Positions 19,359 through 29,363 of a stretch of DNA of 64,000 bases are shown here, in pieces. The notes under the pieces were generated by a model. That model had not been told where the DNA came from. It saw nothing but the letters and a program-made list of their open reading frames with translations, and searched no databases. The first letter of the stretch is position 1, and the number at the start of each line of letters is the position of its first letter. Source of the stretch: Thermodesulfobacteriota bacterium (GTDB lineage Bacteria > Desulfobacterota_D > UBA1144 > Nemesobacterales > Nemesobacteraceae). Both the position numbers and the translations under genes were made by a program. The stretch is taken from the NCBI GenBank assembly GCA_965202785.1, contig OZ241855.1, forward strand, positions 672,001 to 736,000, in the 5' to 3' direction.

Positions 19359-20915
19359 TTATTTCATGAACTGATCGATGTAAATCATCAGCCTTGACTG
19401 AAAAGCCCAGATCGTATCATCGACATCAGCATCAGTTACTTCATTAGCAGCTGCATGAGACTCCATAAGATCCGTAAGACCGTCTCCGGCAAGCACCAAG
19501 CTTCCGATAAAGTCAAGGTTTACGCCCGGATGAAGCGTCCAGCTGAGCGTTCCCTCGATCTCAGTACCGAGATATTCATCAACTTCAGTGCTGGAAATAC
19601 CCCGATTACCCGCACCATTACCGAAATCTGCGATGCCAGGATAATTTGAATCAAATGCTGAAACTGCATTCGTCTCATCGTTCCAGGCAATCAGAACCTG
19701 AGGAGTGAACGCCAAGTTCTCAGCAAGAGACACGTTCGCGTACGCTTTAGCGTAGATAGCGTTTATAACGCTTCCCTCTATCTGGTAAACAGTCGGAATG
19801 ACATGCTTGAAGAGAAGGTTGTCTACGTTATAGGCCGGGCTGAACGGAAGAGCGTTACCTTCGATCGTGAGAGCCGTAGAGCCATCGTCACCTTGCGCCC
19901 AACCGGCTTCAAGACCTATCGTGCTTACCTGAGCCATCGTTGAAGGATAGAACTCGAGGCGGCCTGCCATGTCAAAAGCGTAGTCAAATTCAAACTCTCC
20001 AGCGGGAAGAGGACCTAACGCAGGGTTAGTTATCTCTCCACCTCCGAACATCTGGACTTCGTATGTGAAGCTCCAGCTGGCACCCTTAAGCACGAGAAGA
20101 CCGGAGTACAGAGAAGTACGGTCAACATCAAAGTCGTAACCGAAACCTGCATCGTTGAATACATCGTTCTGGTGCAGATAGGGGAACCCGTACGCTCCAA
20201 CAGTAACGTTAACGTCTCCCATCTGCTGGTTGTAAATACCCGCCGCGGCAAGTATGTCATAACCTACACCGTTTTCTCCGGCAAACAACGAACTGCCGTT
20301 GCTGAACACGTCAGACACGAGAACCAGTGTGAAGGTTCCAGCTCCAGCCGGGAAGGACTTTAACCAAAGAGCCCTGTCAACCACAAAACCGAGGTCCGAA
20401 TGCGGATCATGTCCGCCGTTTGCGAGAATTCCGAGACCCCAGTCAAAAGGCTGGCGACCTATCCTCACGAAACCAAGGTTGTGCGGAAGAACTATATCGG
20501 CGTGAAGCATGCGCACGGTGAAAAACCCGTAATCATCGTCTACCGCCTTATTGCCTGTCAGAATCGCACCGTTGAAACGATCACTTGGCCTTAAATCAGA
20601 AAGCACGACGCTGTCATCTTCGCCCAAGGTACCACCGAAAAAGTGAGCAGTCTGCCCACCCCATATCATGTTGCTCGCTACGTCGACCTGAGCCCTTACG
20701 GTAACCGCGTCGCTTAAGCCCAACTGCGGAGTGAGCCTGAGCGTCGTGTCAACAACACTAATCATGCCATCACCACCGGCAACGGCATTGTCAATGACAC
20801 GAGCTCTCGTTCTCAAGTAACTCGGAAACCCGCCAAGCGACCAGTCTATCGCAAATGACGGAACCGACATGCCGAGAACGGCAAAAAATATTATAAGCCA
20901 TCTGGCTTGAATCAT
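19359..20915 (-). CDS. Outer-membrane beta-barrel protein (porin/alginate-export-like)
   Basis: Signal peptide, IGRQPFDWGLGI, YLGTEIE..LSW, amphipathic strands; GGAGG RBS; own terminator. Confidence 0.75.
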   Translation of the reverse strand: MIQARWLIIFFAVLGMSVPSFAIDWSLGGFPSYLRTRARVIDNAVAGGDGMISVVDTTLRLTPQLGLSDAVTVRAQVDVASNMIWGGQTAHFFGGTLGEDDSVVLSDLRPSDRFNGAILTGNKAVDDDYGFFTVRMLHADIVLPHNLGFVRIGRQPFDWGLGILANGGHDPHSDLGFVVDRALWLKSFPAGAGTFTLVLVSDVFSNGSSLFAGENGVGYDILAAAGIYNQQMGDVNVTVGAYGFPYLHQNDVFNDAGFGYDFDVDRTSLYSGLLVLKGASWSFTYEVQMFGGGEITNPALGPLPAGEFEFDYAFDMAGRLEFYPSTMAQVSTIGLEAGWAQGDDGSTALTIEGNALPFSPAYNVDNLLFKHVIPTVYQIEGSVINAIYAKAYANVSLAENLAFTPQVLIAWNDETNAVSAFDSNYPGIADFGNGAGNRGISSTEVDEYLGTEIEGTLSWTLHPGVNLDFIGSLVLAGDGLTDLMESHAAANEVTDADVDDTIWAFQSRLMIYIDQFMK

Positions 20916-21267
20916 CTCTCCTTACCTCCTGTAAATTTATATTCCAAAATAAACGACCATCTCCTGATTTACCTAAAATGGACGCAGAATATGATCAAAC
21001 TCTTTATAAGCTTACTACAAAAGCAAGCCTCATTTCAAGCGTTTTTTTCCTTAACGGAAAATTGCACCATCTCTTAATACGCCCTTAACAATAAACTACA
21101 AAGGCGGTTGTGTCAAGAGTTTTTAACCGAAACATCCAAATACAGATAACCGCAACAGACCTAAAAATATTGCCGAATTGTTGACCTAACCGGCACCAAA
21201 ACACCTGTATTATCCCGCCCGCTGCACAAACGCGAGAAGTCCCGGCCAAGCCCTGCTCTCATAATAA

Positions 21268-21936
21268 TCACCCTCGCCCGAAAAACCTAAGGGTGATAAA
21301 CGGAATGAGGCTGAGCGTAGGCGAGAGCGCAAGCTGCGTCGCGGCGCTTTTCCGAAGAGGCTCCTTCATCGCCATTATACCCGAGTAAAGCGAAGCCGGA
21401 TCCCCGATGAACCCCCTCGCCGCCTCGCAGAAGAAAAAAACATTTTCCGGGCTCAGGAGAAAAACGAGCAGGTCAAACGCGAAGAATACAACGACTCCCT
21501 TCGCGACGAGACTGAGCGCCCTTCCCCACACGAGGAAATTAACGGCCCTCCTGGTGAGGTTTCCCCCGTAGTACCTGGCAAGTATCCCCCCGAGAACGAC
21601 CGTCATCATGAGACTTATCCCGAAACCGAAGAGAAAGACCAGGGATTTCCCGAAGAAATCCGCAGTCCCCCCGAAAGCCGGAATGACCTCCTCCCGCACT
21701 CCCCAGGCAAGCGGAAGAACAAGGCCGAGGAACACCCCCTCCCAGAAACCGCTTCGGAAGCCCACCATGAAAAAAGTGAGCATCCCCCTCACCGTCAGGA
21801 AGTCAGAAGGTATGTCCTGCCCAGTGCGCTCTATTATATGGTACTGCTGTATCTCCGATATCGCGTCTATAAGGTTGCGCGGGGATGCGTGGGGCGAAGA
21901 CGATATGGGGGCGAACCCTCCCCGCCCCCCGCTCAT
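21268..21936 (-). CDS. Hypothetical membrane protein, probably from a conjugative element
   Basis: 222 aa with ~4 hydrophobic segments; abuts a traW remnant with no intergenic space. Confidence 0.6.
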   Translation of the reverse strand: MSGGRGGFAPISSSPHASPRNLIDAISEIQQYHIIERTGQDIPSDFLTVRGMLTFFMVGFRSGFWEGVFLGLVLPLAWGVREEVIPAFGGTADFFGKSLVFLFGFGISLMMTVVLGGILARYYGGNLTRRAVNFLVWGRALSLVAKGVVVFFAFDLLVFLLSPENVFFFCEAARGFIGDPASLYSGIMAMKEPLRKSAATQLALSPTLSLIPFITLRFFGRG

Positions 21937-22486
21937 GGCCTCGGGTAAGGATCTCGGGGTTCACGGAAAGCTCTACGAAATAAGGGAAGAGGACATGCTT
22001 TCCTATGTGCGGAGAAAGGCGGGGGAAATCGACATGAGGGCGCTTCGGGAAAGCATGGAGAAGAAGCTTGAGGAATCCTACGCACGGCACTCTTTTGTTT
22101 CTCTAGGTGCCCCTTCAACTACGGAAGAGCGGGTGCGTTATGTCGATCCTTCGGTGAATGTGCGAAATCCGCTCTACGACCATACGGGAAAAATGATTTT
22201 CCCCGCGGGTGTAGTAAATCCGCTTGATTACATGCCGCTTTCAAAAAGCATCCTAGTGCTGAGAGAGGACCAAGTGAAAAGAGCGCTTGAGGAAACAGAC
22301 AAGAGAGGTGAAAAACCACTTGTGCTGCTCACCGACGGCGACATCCGAAGAGCTTCCTCGCTTGCGGGGCAAATGGTGTACAAGGCGAGTTCTTTCATGC
22401 TTAAAAGACTTCAGATTGAAAAGGTGCCCTCTATTGTAACGCAGGAGGGAGGAAAGCTCAGGGTTGAAGAAACAGTTCTAAAATGA
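21935..22486 (+). pseudogene. traW: F-type conjugative pilus assembly protein TraW, signal peptide missing
   Basis: KDLGVHGKLYEIREEDML, YVDPS...LYDHTGK...AG.VNPLD, RLQIEKVPSIVTQEG; begins at the expected signal-peptidase site. Confidence 0.75.
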
Positions 22487-23002
22487 TCTCGGAGATTTTT
22501 CGATTGGCAGCAAGTTCCAAAACTTCGGAAAAGCTCCAACCTGGTTTTGGTCTGCCGTCGGCGAGCACAAATCAAAGCAGGGTTTGTCCAGAAAACGGCT
22601 GATAATTTCTTGAGTGCTCGGGGAAGGTGCGTTCATGGTCAGACAGCGCTTTACACGAACAACAGCTTGGTTCAACAGGAATAGGTGTAAATATCTAGAA
22701 AAAGCTCTTGACGTTATTTTATACCAGTAAGTGTAGCCCTGATACGCATCGAAACGCAGTTAATTTAAACTGTGTTTCTTCTCCTCAGCAGGCTCTCCAA
22801 ACGTAACTTCAGCTTGCTGGGGGTTTTTATGCAAGTCGCATCCCATGGCTTTTCTTTTCTATACAAAAAGCCCCGGAAAGTAAGGCTAAAATCCGCCGGG
22901 GTAGGAAACCCGGACTATTATAAGCTGCATTCACTTAATACGGGAGGCAAATGAAGTCGCAGTTTAAGTTCTCAAGTTTCATGTTAGAGAGAACCAAAAG
23001 GA

Positions 23003-23034
23003 TCAAGGAGAACCTTATGCAAGGCTCTCCTTGA
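23003..23034. terminator. Hairpin downstream of RTX-like lipoprotein 1
   Basis: tcaaggaga-acctt...aagg-ctctccttga inverted repeat; weak U-tract. Confidence 0.5.
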
Positions 23035-23079
23035 ATCGCCAACTTGAAAACTTGGTTCTCAAAGAATTCTCATAGACAA

Positions 23080-24438
23080 TCACGGCGTGCGCGCTGGACA
23101 AGTACCGCTGCTCACAGTGTTAAGATTTTCTGCAGTAAGCCCAGAGACAGTCGCTAGATTCTCTGATACTTCTGTAACAGCAGGAGTAGCGGCAGAGTCC
23201 GCAGCAACAATGATCACAACAATTCTTCCGGCCTGGACTCTTACATCTCCGGCGGTATCGCCCTCTCCAGAACCAACATCACCAGTAGCACCACTAACAG
23301 AAATGCTGTCTCCCTCTCCATAGCTTCTGATGGAATCCAATGTTGCTCTAATGATACCTCGACTTTCATTGTTGTCAGCAGCACCGGAGATATCAGGAAC
23401 GGCAAGTTGGAAGCAGTCTCCTCCTTCACCGCCCATGAGGATATCTCTTCCCGCTCCACCGGTAAGAGTGTCGGCACCCGCACCACCATTAAGATTGTCG
23501 CTGCCTTCATTTCCATTAAGAGTGTCATTGCCTCCTTCGCCATTCAGGGTGTCCGCAAGGGTAGTTCCTGTAATTATATTAGGGTTATTATCTCCTGTGA
23601 TCGTAAGACCTGCTGTTGCGCCATCCGCTAGTTTTCCCTTTATATTTTCAAAGCCCTTGATATTAGGGTTTTCGCCTTCTTGGCTTGTGCCTAAATTAAA
23701 CCCGGTGGTCATTACAACAATCGTATCGCTTCCTAGTCCACCATCCAATACATCAGCGTCCACTGTATTAGCATCACCATCATCGGTGGTATCCTCGCCG
23801 TTGCCGTCAATTTCATTGCTTCCTTGATCACCTACAATTTTATCGTTCCCTGGTGTCCCAATAACATTTTCAATTGATATAAGCGTGTCTAAGTCCCCAT
23901 ATGCATCTGTGGCTTGTCCTTCTGCCAAATTGACTTCTACAGGGTCCACACCGGTGGTGTCGGGGTTGTTCTCTTGGCTGTAGTCAGCAGTATCCGTGTC
24001 TGGTCCACCGTCGAGAGTGTCGTCGTCTTGACCTCCTGTGAGAGTATCGTCACCTGCTTCGCCTCTCAGTACATCTCTACCGTCACCGCCGATAAGAGTA
24101 TCGTTACCTGGACCACCATATATAGTGTCATCGCCTGCTAAACCCTTAATTGTGTTATCCCTATCATTACCACAGATAAGATCGCTTCCCGTGGTTCTAT
24201 CTAGGTTTACACCCTGAACCTGAATATTGCAGTCTGATCTGGTTGGCCCACCCCTGTCAGTGTCTGTATCCGGTGTGGTAGGTGTCGTTGGTGTCGTTGG
24301 ACAGGTTTCGCCTTCCTCAATTAGATCACCATTTGGACATTGGATTTTCGTCTCTACCCTTTCAATAACTGTGTCGTCCCCTGTACAACTAACCGCCACT
24401 AACAACGTAAGAACCAATATTATTCTATGCAACATCAT
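23080..24438 (-). CDS. Lipoprotein with hemolysin-type (RTX-like) Ca-binding repeats, paralog 1
   Basis: GGAGG RBS before ATG 24438; lipobox VAVSC; PTT linker; many GGxGxDxLx nonapeptides; IENVIG motif. Confidence 0.88.
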   Translation of the reverse strand: MMLHRIILVLTLLVAVSCTGDDTVIERVETKIQCPNGDLIEEGETCPTTPTTPTTPDTDTDRGGPTRSDCNIQVQGVNLDRTTGSDLICGNDRDNTIKGLAGDDTIYGGPGNDTLIGGDGRDVLRGEAGDDTLTGGQDDDTLDGGPDTDTADYSQENNPDTTGVDPVEVNLAEGQATDAYGDLDTLISIENVIGTPGNDKIVGDQGSNEIDGNGEDTTDDGDANTVDADVLDGGLGSDTIVVMTTGFNLGTSQEGENPNIKGFENIKGKLADGATAGLTITGDNNPNIITGTTLADTLNGEGGNDTLNGNEGSDNLNGGAGADTLTGGAGRDILMGGEGGDCFQLAVPDISGAADNNESRGIIRATLDSIRSYGEGDSISVSGATGDVGSGEGDTAGDVRVQAGRIVVIIVAADSAATPAVTEVSENLATVSGLTAENLNTVSSGTCPARTP

Positions 24439-24922
24439 ACACCTCCCCAGCGAATAAATTCTCTGTTGCTTCGACCATGGCACACAGATACCACGCTTCA
24501 TTCGTAGTCAAAGAACCTTGATTTTCCAATCATTTATTAACGGACTCATACTCTCGGAGACCCGATCAAGCAGGTTCCCGCCTAAGTACTAGAAGCGCTA
24601 AACGTTTCTAGCTTTATCAAATCATGGAAATAATAGCAAGAAGAAATTGTAAGAAATGAACTATATATCGTACTGCGGGAAAAGACCAAAATACGATACG
24701 CTAACCTTTCTACAAAACCCAGCCTCCCGCAAGAACCTTCATGCAAGGACCTAGAGTTTTGACCAATCCGTCCCACAAGCCCAACGGATATCGAAACGCC
24801 GCTCCGCACATGATTGTCCGGCATACACAGGTAAGCCGCATCACGTATTCGGTTTGCAGCAGCCTCTAGGCATCTGATCCACCTTCACTTTGAAATCAAA
24901 CTCACTTATAATTGTCATTGAT

Positions 24923-25330
24923 ATGAAACAACTTCTGCTCATTGCCACGCTTTCGACCTGCGTTTGGCCGACAGGAGCCTTCGCCGAGGACTCGCTCGCT
25001 CCCGGGAACCATTTAAGGAAAACAGTGGCGATTTCGCAACCCGCCGAAGCGTCGGGTGCCAAAGTGAAGGTATTTATCCATCCCGACACAGGGAAAATCC
25101 TTACCCGCGAGCAGTGGGAGTCCCTAGACATCGAAAACGATGAAACCGAGGCGATACCGCTCTCCTCCTCAGAACCCTTGGGAACGGAGGACACCCCGAC
25201 GATTCTTAAGGGAAAAAAGATCGACCTTGAAAATGGAGACTACGTAATAGTCGTTGACACCCCCGACATGGTCGAAACCAAGGCGCGATTCGATGAAGAG
25301 GGGAAAGCCCATATCAGGTGCAATCACTGA
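24923..25330 (+). CDS. Small exported hypothetical protein
   Basis: Signal peptide MKQLLLIATL...AFA; VFIHPDTGKIL motif; C-terminal Cys. Confidence 0.65.
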   Translation: MKQLLLIATLSTCVWPTGAFAEDSLAPGNHLRKTVAISQPAEASGAKVKVFIHPDTGKILTREQWESLDIENDETEAIPLSSSEPLGTEDTPTILKGKKIDLENGDYVIVVDTPDMVETKARFDEEGKAHIRCNH

Positions 25331-25439
25331 ACATCACAAAAAAGCTTCTCCCCGGGATTTTTTCCCGCTTGCCGCCCCCGTACCACTGCCCCCTGCGCCG
25401 CGGTCACCATTGAAGATATATACGAGGATGAAACCGGGG

Positions 25440-25717
25440 AAAAGTTCCTCGATACTTACGGACGTATGTGGTGGGATAAACCTTCTCCGACAATCACCAC
25501 AAAGTTTTTCAGCATAAGCAACGGTCGTTTCGCTCATCCAGAAGAGAACAGGGGGCTATCTTTGCGGGAGGGAGCAACTTTACAAACTTTCCCCAAGGAT
25601 TACGAATTTATTGGCACCGGAATGGGGCCCGTTGGGAAAATGATAGGCAATGCCTTGCCTCCATATTTCGCCAAGTTAATCGGGGAAAAGATCGTATCGT
25701 CTCTCGAAAACATCTAA
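25440..25717 (+). pseudogene. C-terminal fragment of a C5-cytosine DNA methyltransferase
   Basis: DTYGRMWWDKPSPTITT...HPEENRGLSLREGATLQTFP (motif IX) and IGNALPP (motif X); motifs I-VIII absent. Confidence 0.85.
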
Positions 25718-25771
25718 TTCAAACCGTACCCAGAAAAAAAATTAGAGATGACCTTGAGTCAGACACCTGAT

Positions 25772-27232
25772 TCACGAACCGTGATATATGGAGAGAAAAG
25801 CGGTGTACGTGAAACCGAACTGCATAAGCAGCAAAAAGGGAACCCAGATGAAAAATCCCATGTAAAGAACGTACGCCACCTGGGCCGTGAAGAAAACCGA
25901 GAGGATGACCTCTAAAAAAGTGGTAACCCCTTTTGAGGAAACGTACGCCGAGGTTCTCCACCTGTCCTTCCTGCCCACAACAGCGTACTTGGGCGTTCTA
26001 GCAAAACCCGACGTCCTGCCCAGAACCGCCTCCAGAACGGCCTTGGCGTTGTTGACGCCTATGCCCGCCCCGACACTCAGCGCAACGGGTATGTACTTGT
26101 AGAACTCCCGCGCCCGGGGGCCGTGGGCCTCGCGGACGGCCAGTATGTAGAACCTTATTATGGCCAAAGTGCCTAGCGCCACCCCGGTGACGCTCGCTAT
26201 AAAGAGGTCGTTAAGCCAGATCCGCTCCCATAGGAAATTCATGGGTATTATGAGAATTATCGTGGCGAGCAGAAACAGGTAGCTGAAATTGCCGAGGAGG
26301 TGAAACACGCTCTCGGCCTTGACCTTAAACGGAATCCGGGAGTCACCAAGCACCGAGGGCAGAAGCTTCCCTGCCGTCTGGATCCCTCCCTTAACCCACC
26401 TGTGCTGCTGTATCTTAAAGGCGTTCATGTCAACGGGAAGCTCGGCGTCCGATATGACGTCGGGCAGGTAGACCGCGCGCCACCCGTTTATCTGCGCCCT
26501 GTAGCTGAGATCAAGATCCTCGGTCAGGGTGTCGTGCTGCCACCCTCCGCTCTGCTCTATGCACTTTTTGCGGATCACCCCGGCGGTGCCGTTGAAGTTA
26601 AGAAAGAGTCCGTTTGAGTGCCGGGCGGCCTGTTCCACGACGAAATGGCCGTCAAGAAGCACTGACTGGGCCTTGGTCAGAAGGGAGTAGTCGCGGTTAA
26701 GATGCCCCCATCTCGTCTGCACTATCCCGACCTCCGGGTCCTCGAAGCACGGCACGGTCCTTCGGAGAAAATCCCTCGGGGGAACGAAATCCGCGTCGAA
26801 AACCGCAAGGAGCTCTCCGCTTGCCTGCGCGCAGCCCGCGGCAAGCGCCCCCGCCTTGTAGCCCTCGCGGTTCCCCCTGCGGACGTGCTTTATGTCAAAC
26901 CCCGCGGCCCGGAGCTCCTCGGTGCAGCGCGCCGCTATGCGGCTTGTATCGTCCGTTGAGTCGTCAAGCACCTGCACCTCGAGCAGATCCCTCGGGTAGT
27001 CGATCGCGCAGACCGCTCGGATGAGCCTTTCGGTCACGTACATCTCGTTATAGACGGGAAGCTGCACCGTGACGCGCGGAAGGAATCCCTGTCCCCGCGG
27101 GGCCGCGGTGCGGCGCGCCTTTGTCCTCGAGTAAAGATGCACCAGGTAGTAGCGGTGAAGGCCGAATATGCAGAGAAAAACGGAGGAGACAACGTAAAGC
27201 AGGGTGCAGAAGTACTTTATGGATTCAAACAA
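25772..27232 (-). CDS. GT2 membrane glycosyltransferase (cellulose-synthase-like)
   Basis: VTVQLPVYNE, LDDSTD, GYKAGAL, FDADF, TEDLDL, QQHRW (D,D,D,QxxRW). Confidence 0.92.
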   Translation of the reverse strand: MFESIKYFCTLLYVVSSVFLCIFGLHRYYLVHLYSRTKARRTAAPRGQGFLPRVTVQLPVYNEMYVTERLIRAVCAIDYPRDLLEVQVLDDSTDDTSRIAARCTEELRAAGFDIKHVRRGNREGYKAGALAAGCAQASGELLAVFDADFVPPRDFLRRTVPCFEDPEVGIVQTRWGHLNRDYSLLTKAQSVLLDGHFVVEQAARHSNGLFLNFNGTAGVIRKKCIEQSGGWQHDTLTEDLDLSYRAQINGWRAVYLPDVISDAELPVDMNAFKIQQHRWVKGGIQTAGKLLPSVLGDSRIPFKVKAESVFHLLGNFSYLFLLATIILIIPMNFLWERIWLNDLFIASVTGVALGTLAIIRFYILAVREAHGPRAREFYKYIPVALSVGAGIGVNNAKAVLEAVLGRTSGFARTPKYAVVGRKDRWRTSAYVSSKGVTTFLEVILSVFFTAQVAYVLYMGFFIWVPFLLLMQFGFTYTAFLSIYHGS

Positions 27233-27269
27233 CTCTCAAAACCTCTTATCTCTAAAGACCCGGTCGTCC

Positions 27270-28436
27270 CTACGGCTTGAACTTCGCTATCCTCTCGGCC
27301 GCCTGCTCTATCCTCTGCGTGTCGAACGTCACCGAAACCCTGGCGTACCCCTCTCCGCAGTCCCCGAAACCGTTTCCGGGGGTTACGACCACTCCGGCTT
27401 CAGAAAGCATCCTCGCGCAGAACTCTGAAGAGCTTATCCCTTCGGGAACCTCGAACCACACGTAGAAGGTAGCATCGGGCTGTGTATAACTGATGCCGGC
27501 TTCTTCGAGGCCGCGACAGAATATCTCGAGGCGCTCCCTGTAGACCTCTTTTCTCTCCTCAAGTCCGACGGAACTGTTCTGAAGAGCCGTTATGCCCGCC
27601 TCCTGGACCGCCTGAAAAACCCCCGAGTCTATGTTCGTCTTTATCTTCCCGAGACCCGCTATTGCTCTCTCGTTTCCCGCGGCGAACGCCAGGCGCCACC
27701 CGGTCATGCTGAAGGTCTTTGAAAGCGAGTGGAACTCGATTCCCACGTCCATCGCCCCCGGTATCTCGAGGAAGCTCAGGGGGTTTTTTCCGTAAAACGC
27801 TATCTCCGTGTAGGCGGCGTCGTGGCAGATGAGTATCTCGTTTTCCCGGGCGAAATCGACCACTTCCCTGAAGAACCCCTCGTTGGCGAGAACCGTCGTC
27901 GGATTGTTCGGATAGTTAAGAAACATCATGACGGCCCGCTTGGCCACCTCCGCGGGAATGGCGTCAAGGTCCGGAAGAAAATCGTTTTCCTTAAGAAGCG
28001 GCATCGCGTAGGGAACCCCTCCGGCAAACGTGACCGAAACCGGGTACACGGGGTATCCGGGGTCCGGCACGAGCGCCACGTCCCCCGGGTCAACAAACGC
28101 CAGAGGCGCGTGGGCCACACCTTCCTTGGAGCCTATGAGGGTTACCACCTGCTTTGCGGGGTCGAGGCTTATCCCGAAGCGCTCTGCGTACCACTCGGCA
28201 GCCGCTTCCCGAAAAGACAGCATGCCCACGTAGGAAGGGTAGCGGTGGTGCTCCGGATTCCCGGCCGCCTCGCGAAGCGACTCCACTATGTGATCCGGCG
28301 TCGGTATGTCCGGGTCGCCCACCCCGAGGTCGATCACGTCGACCCCCTTATCGATCAGCTCGTTTTTTTTCCTGTCGATCTCGGCGAAAAGGTATGGAGG
28401 AAGCTGCTCGATTCTCTCCGCCCACTTGATTTTCAT
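27270..28436 (-). CDS. dapL: LL-diaminopimelate aminotransferase (class I/II PLP enzyme)
   Basis: LPPYLFAEID, GSKEG, NYPNNPT, HDAAY, HSLSKTFSMTGWR, KTNIDSG. Confidence 0.85.
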   Translation of the reverse strand: MKIKWAERIEQLPPYLFAEIDRKKNELIDKGVDVIDLGVGDPDIPTPDHIVESLREAAGNPEHHRYPSYVGMLSFREAAAEWYAERFGISLDPAKQVVTLIGSKEGVAHAPLAFVDPGDVALVPDPGYPVYPVSVTFAGGVPYAMPLLKENDFLPDLDAIPAEVAKRAVMMFLNYPNNPTTVLANEGFFREVVDFARENEILICHDAAYTEIAFYGKNPLSFLEIPGAMDVGIEFHSLSKTFSMTGWRLAFAAGNERAIAGLGKIKTNIDSGVFQAVQEAGITALQNSSVGLEERKEVYRERLEIFCRGLEEAGISYTQPDATFYVWFEVPEGISSSEFCARMLSEAGVVVTPGNGFGDCGEGYARVSVTFDTQRIEQAAERIAKFKP

Positions 28437-28704
28437 TTGAAGTCCTCCCGAGGTTAGATGGGTCCTGACAAAGCATCTAGGTTAACTTGAAGAAGTCATC
28501 TATTCAAGCTCGGAAACCCCCGGTTATCCATATAGCCCCGCAAGCATGAGGCTGGATGAATTCCGGGGAAACAGCTATGAAATCTTCGTATTGGAAGAAT
28601 CATGTCCATGTCACGTAGTCCGAGAGCAAAAGCGGGCACATAAAGAAACCGCCTTTGTTGAACGCAGCAGGCTATAACCCGGTGAATATCCACCCCGAGG
28701 CAAA

Positions 28705-29007
28705 TTATCCATGCGAACCGGTTTCGGGTTGCCAGCGGCGAATCTTTTGAATCTCCGGCCATGATTCAGCCCTCACCTTGTCAAGATCATAATCTCTTTG
28801 CAGATTGATCCAGAGTTCGGGCGTGGTACCGAAAAACTGTCCAAGCCGCAAGGCGGTATCAACCGTTATATCCCGCTTCCCGCGAACGATCTGGGAAATT
28901 CGATTGGGCGGCACACCGATACGACGTGACAGCTCCGTCGGCGTCACGCTGATTTCCCTAAGTTCGTCAATAAGAAACTCACCGGGGTGAATAGGTTCCC
29001 TGGCCAT
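28705..29007 (-). CDS. higA: HigA family antitoxin
   Basis: PIHPGE...NRISQIVRGKRDITVDTALRL..FFGTTPELWINLQ; GGAGG RBS. Confidence 0.95.
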   Translation of the reverse strand: MAREPIHPGEFLIDELREISVTPTELSRRIGVPPNRISQIVRGKRDITVDTALRLGQFFGTTPELWINLQRDYDLDKVRAESWPEIQKIRRWQPETGSHG

Positions 29008-29042
29008 TGCCGTTACCTCCTGCCTTTCGTTTTTGTATTGAT

Positions 29043-29141
29043 CTAATGATAATCTACGATCTCCACTTCACAGGCGCCTTTTTCCCATCTGAAACATACG
29101 CGCCATTGTTTATTAATTCGTATACTGTACTGTCCTGTTCT
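29043..29141 (-). pseudogene. higB: C-terminal remnant of HigB (plasmid-killer type) toxin
   Basis: Hand translation RTGQYSIRINKQWRVCFRWEKGACEVEIVDYH*; no start codon, in-frame TAG just upstream. Confidence 0.9.
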
Positions 29142-29177
29142 AGCCTATGGTATTGACTAGTTACGTCAACAGTCAAT
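29141..29177 (-). promoter_or_regulatory. Putative higBA promoter with overlapping inverted repeat
   Basis: TTGACG-N16-TAGGCT on the minus strand overlapping attgact...agtcaat. Confidence 0.55.
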
Positions 29178-29363
29178 GTGATCCCGCAGTTAGTCACAAT
29201 AATTTGATCTTCTACAGTGCGGGGAAATCTCCTGCCAGAAGCGTTAACCGCCCCTTAACGGGAGCTTTGCACTGCTTTGACGAAGACCGGGAATAATCAG
29301 CACTTGGGGGCATGTTTAACAACGCCCGCAAAAAAGTTTAGAATTACGAGCGAGGAAAAGAGA

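Noticed and set aside
21608-21934. N-terminal extension of the traW ORF
   Set aside because: It is the reverse complement of the neighbouring membrane-protein gene and has no signal-peptide character.
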